DNA of 37,386 nucleotides from assembly GCA_016748015.1 (NCBI GenBank), contig JAAOMT010000612.1, positions 1 through 37,386 on the forward strand, in the 5' to 3' direction. Made by a program: the position numbers and the translations under genes. The DNA is from Geosiphon pyriformis uo1 (taxonomy: Eukaryota; Fungi; Glomeromycota). Below the pieces are notes generated by a model. The model was not told where the DNA came from. It did no database searches and saw nothing but the letters and a program-made list of their open reading frames with translations. Every line of letters begins with the position of its first letter. Position 1 is the first letter of the stretch. Of the stretch, positions 35,701-37,386 are shown in pieces.

Positions 35701-36012
35701 TGCATAGGTAATGGGAAATTGTTGTTGCGTGTATTTTTTAATGGTTTGATTAATTTTTCTGATGATTGGGGCGAAACTGTGATTTCTTGGTAAGCTGGTG
35801 TGTTGAAATAATTCTGTATAGAAATTTTCTCTTGCTGACTCGATATTAACGGTTCTTTCTAAACAGTCTGTGATTTTATTGTTGACATAATAGTTAAAGG
35901 CTGATTTGGCTGGGTAGTGATTACTGTTTAATTCTAATTGTTGGCTGTATTGTTGAAACAAGGATTTTGCAAATCCTAAGTGGTTGGCTTCTATAATTTC
36001 TGATTCTGCCAC
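29736..36012 (-). pseudogene. gag-pol: E3 ORF1 polyprotein (N-extension, Gag, protease, Cys-rich domain, dUTPase, RT, RNase H), disrupted
   Basis: GTG at 36012; CA MVYTSIAKLENF at 34995; LILNSS (from DSG) ~33540; dUTPase DAGFDL..GGIIDTGY..FGSTG ~31570-31990; YLDD ~30533-30544; ends RIRQI*. Confidence 0.94.
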
Positions 36013-36055
36013 GTTTGAATAATGTTGTTGGTGCTGGTTCTCTGTAAAATTATAC

Positions 36056-36071
36056 TTCACAGAGAGTACCA
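36056..36071 (-). promoter_or_regulatory. E3 primer binding site
   Basis: TGGTACTCTCTGTGAA lying 2 nt inside the 5' LTR. Confidence 0.85.
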
Positions 36072-36073
36072 AA

Positions 36074-36999
36074 TGTTACAGGTGATTCTTTGGATGTCGA
36101 GTGAATAACAAACCTGTAACTTGGTGCTCAAAGTGATAGGTGACGATGATAATCTGAAGGTATTTTATCTGAAAATTTTCCAATTGAGTTCTTTGTATAA
36201 TGAACAGAGATTCAATGATAACAGTTTATTAGTAGTTTCCTGAAACCGTAGTTTTGTCAATTGCTTGCTCAGCTTGATAGTTGATGATTCTCCTGGTACA
36301 ATATCCTTCATAAGTGTATATTAGTGCTGTTTCCTGATGTTAGTTCCTCCATAAGTCTTTCAAGAATAAGTATTGTTTAAGCAAGTTTATTCCTCCATAA
36401 TTTCTCCAAGAGTAAGTATTGTTTAAGTAAGTTTTATTCTTTTGTAAGTCCTCCAAAAATAAATCCTTTAATCAAGTTAATAGACAACAAAAAAAATAAA
36501 GAAAAGATAAAAGAGAAAATAAGAAATAAGCCAAGACGATTTGCAAGTTAATATCCCATCAATAGCTGTGATCAAGAGCTATTGTTCCAGTATGGTTAAG
36601 TATCAGTTACTATTAACACTTCATGTTGATAGTAAAGAATGAATTTGATATAATAAATAATTATTTATTTAAGAATTGTGGTAACTAAGCTAAGGATTTT
36701 TGGTGTCTCTTTTTTTTTTCTGCTCCTAACACTACTGCTATATATACATATTTGAGATTCTTCAATTCTTCAATTCCTTACAACAGGAATCCTGAAATTC
36801 CTGGAATCCTGCAATTTCTGATGAGAGGAATCCTGGAATTCTGGAATCCTGCAATTTCTCACCAGAGAATCCTGAAATTCCTGGAATTCTGCAATTTTTC
36901 TGAGAGGAATCCTAGAATTTCACATTTACTACATCTACTTCTGATTGGCTAATATCTACTTGCTAATAATAATTTACTTCTTATATTCTATGAATAACA
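36074..36999 (-). repeat. E3 5' LTR
   Basis: 926-bp copy of 26668-27593. Confidence 0.97.
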
Positions 37000-37386
37000 A
37001 TGGCTTTTTGTTACTCTTTTCTATTGAATTTTATTTGCAACATTTTCCACAAGCTAAAGAATTTGGATTATATACAAAAATTTTATTGACTATTAAAATT
37101 GAACTTAGTGTTAATGTTACTATTGTATTATATATATTTATTTTTAAAACATAATATGTTGAGTCTAGATCCAAATTTCCATTTTGTATGATTATATTTG
37201 AATTATGAAAAGCATTCAATATGGATTTATTTGTCCCAAAAAAGTTGATTTTTAATATATTTTTAAAACTATTAATTAAACTTTTGCTTGCTAATACTAA
37301 ATATTGGTCAAATAATGAATATGATTGCTAGTATAGAGCTCTTTTTTAATTGCAGATGCCAAAATTGGTGTGAAAATGTATTTATT

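Larger units (their letters stand above)
26668..36999 (-). mobile_element. E3: full-length decayed Ty3/Gypsy LTR retrotransposon carrying dUTPase (related to E1)
   Basis: Two 926-bp LTRs. Perfect TSD ATGG (26664-26667 / 37000-37003). PBS, PPT and full domain set on the minus strand. Confidence 0.98.

Overview
This is an AT-rich eukaryotic window, probably from an early-diverging fungus such as Glomeromycotina (inference from sequence style). About 30 of its 37 kb are three full-length, decayed Ty3/Gypsy (Metaviridae-like) LTR retrotransposons: E1 5191-15134 (+), E2 16393-26319 (+) and E3 26668-36999 (-). E1 and E3 are related; E2 is a distant family. Each has paired LTRs, a PBS, a PPT and a 4-bp TSD. 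All three share an unusual three-ORF layout. ORF1 appears to start at GUG, runs through a 0.7-1 kb AUG-depleted extension, then encodes Gag CA/NC, protease, a Cys-rich multi-zinc-finger domain, dUTPase, RT and RNase H, and ends at a conserved stop. ORF2 is a stand-alone integrase with its own start codon. ORF3 is a conserved non-env ORF ending at the PPT. E1 interrupts an older, decayed DDE-transposase-like ORF whose frame is restored when the element is removed. Decay is almost entirely C>T/G>A transitions. The first ~3.2 kb are shuffled repeats around an N gap and contain a Nextera/Tn5 adapter, so they are probably an assembly artefact.
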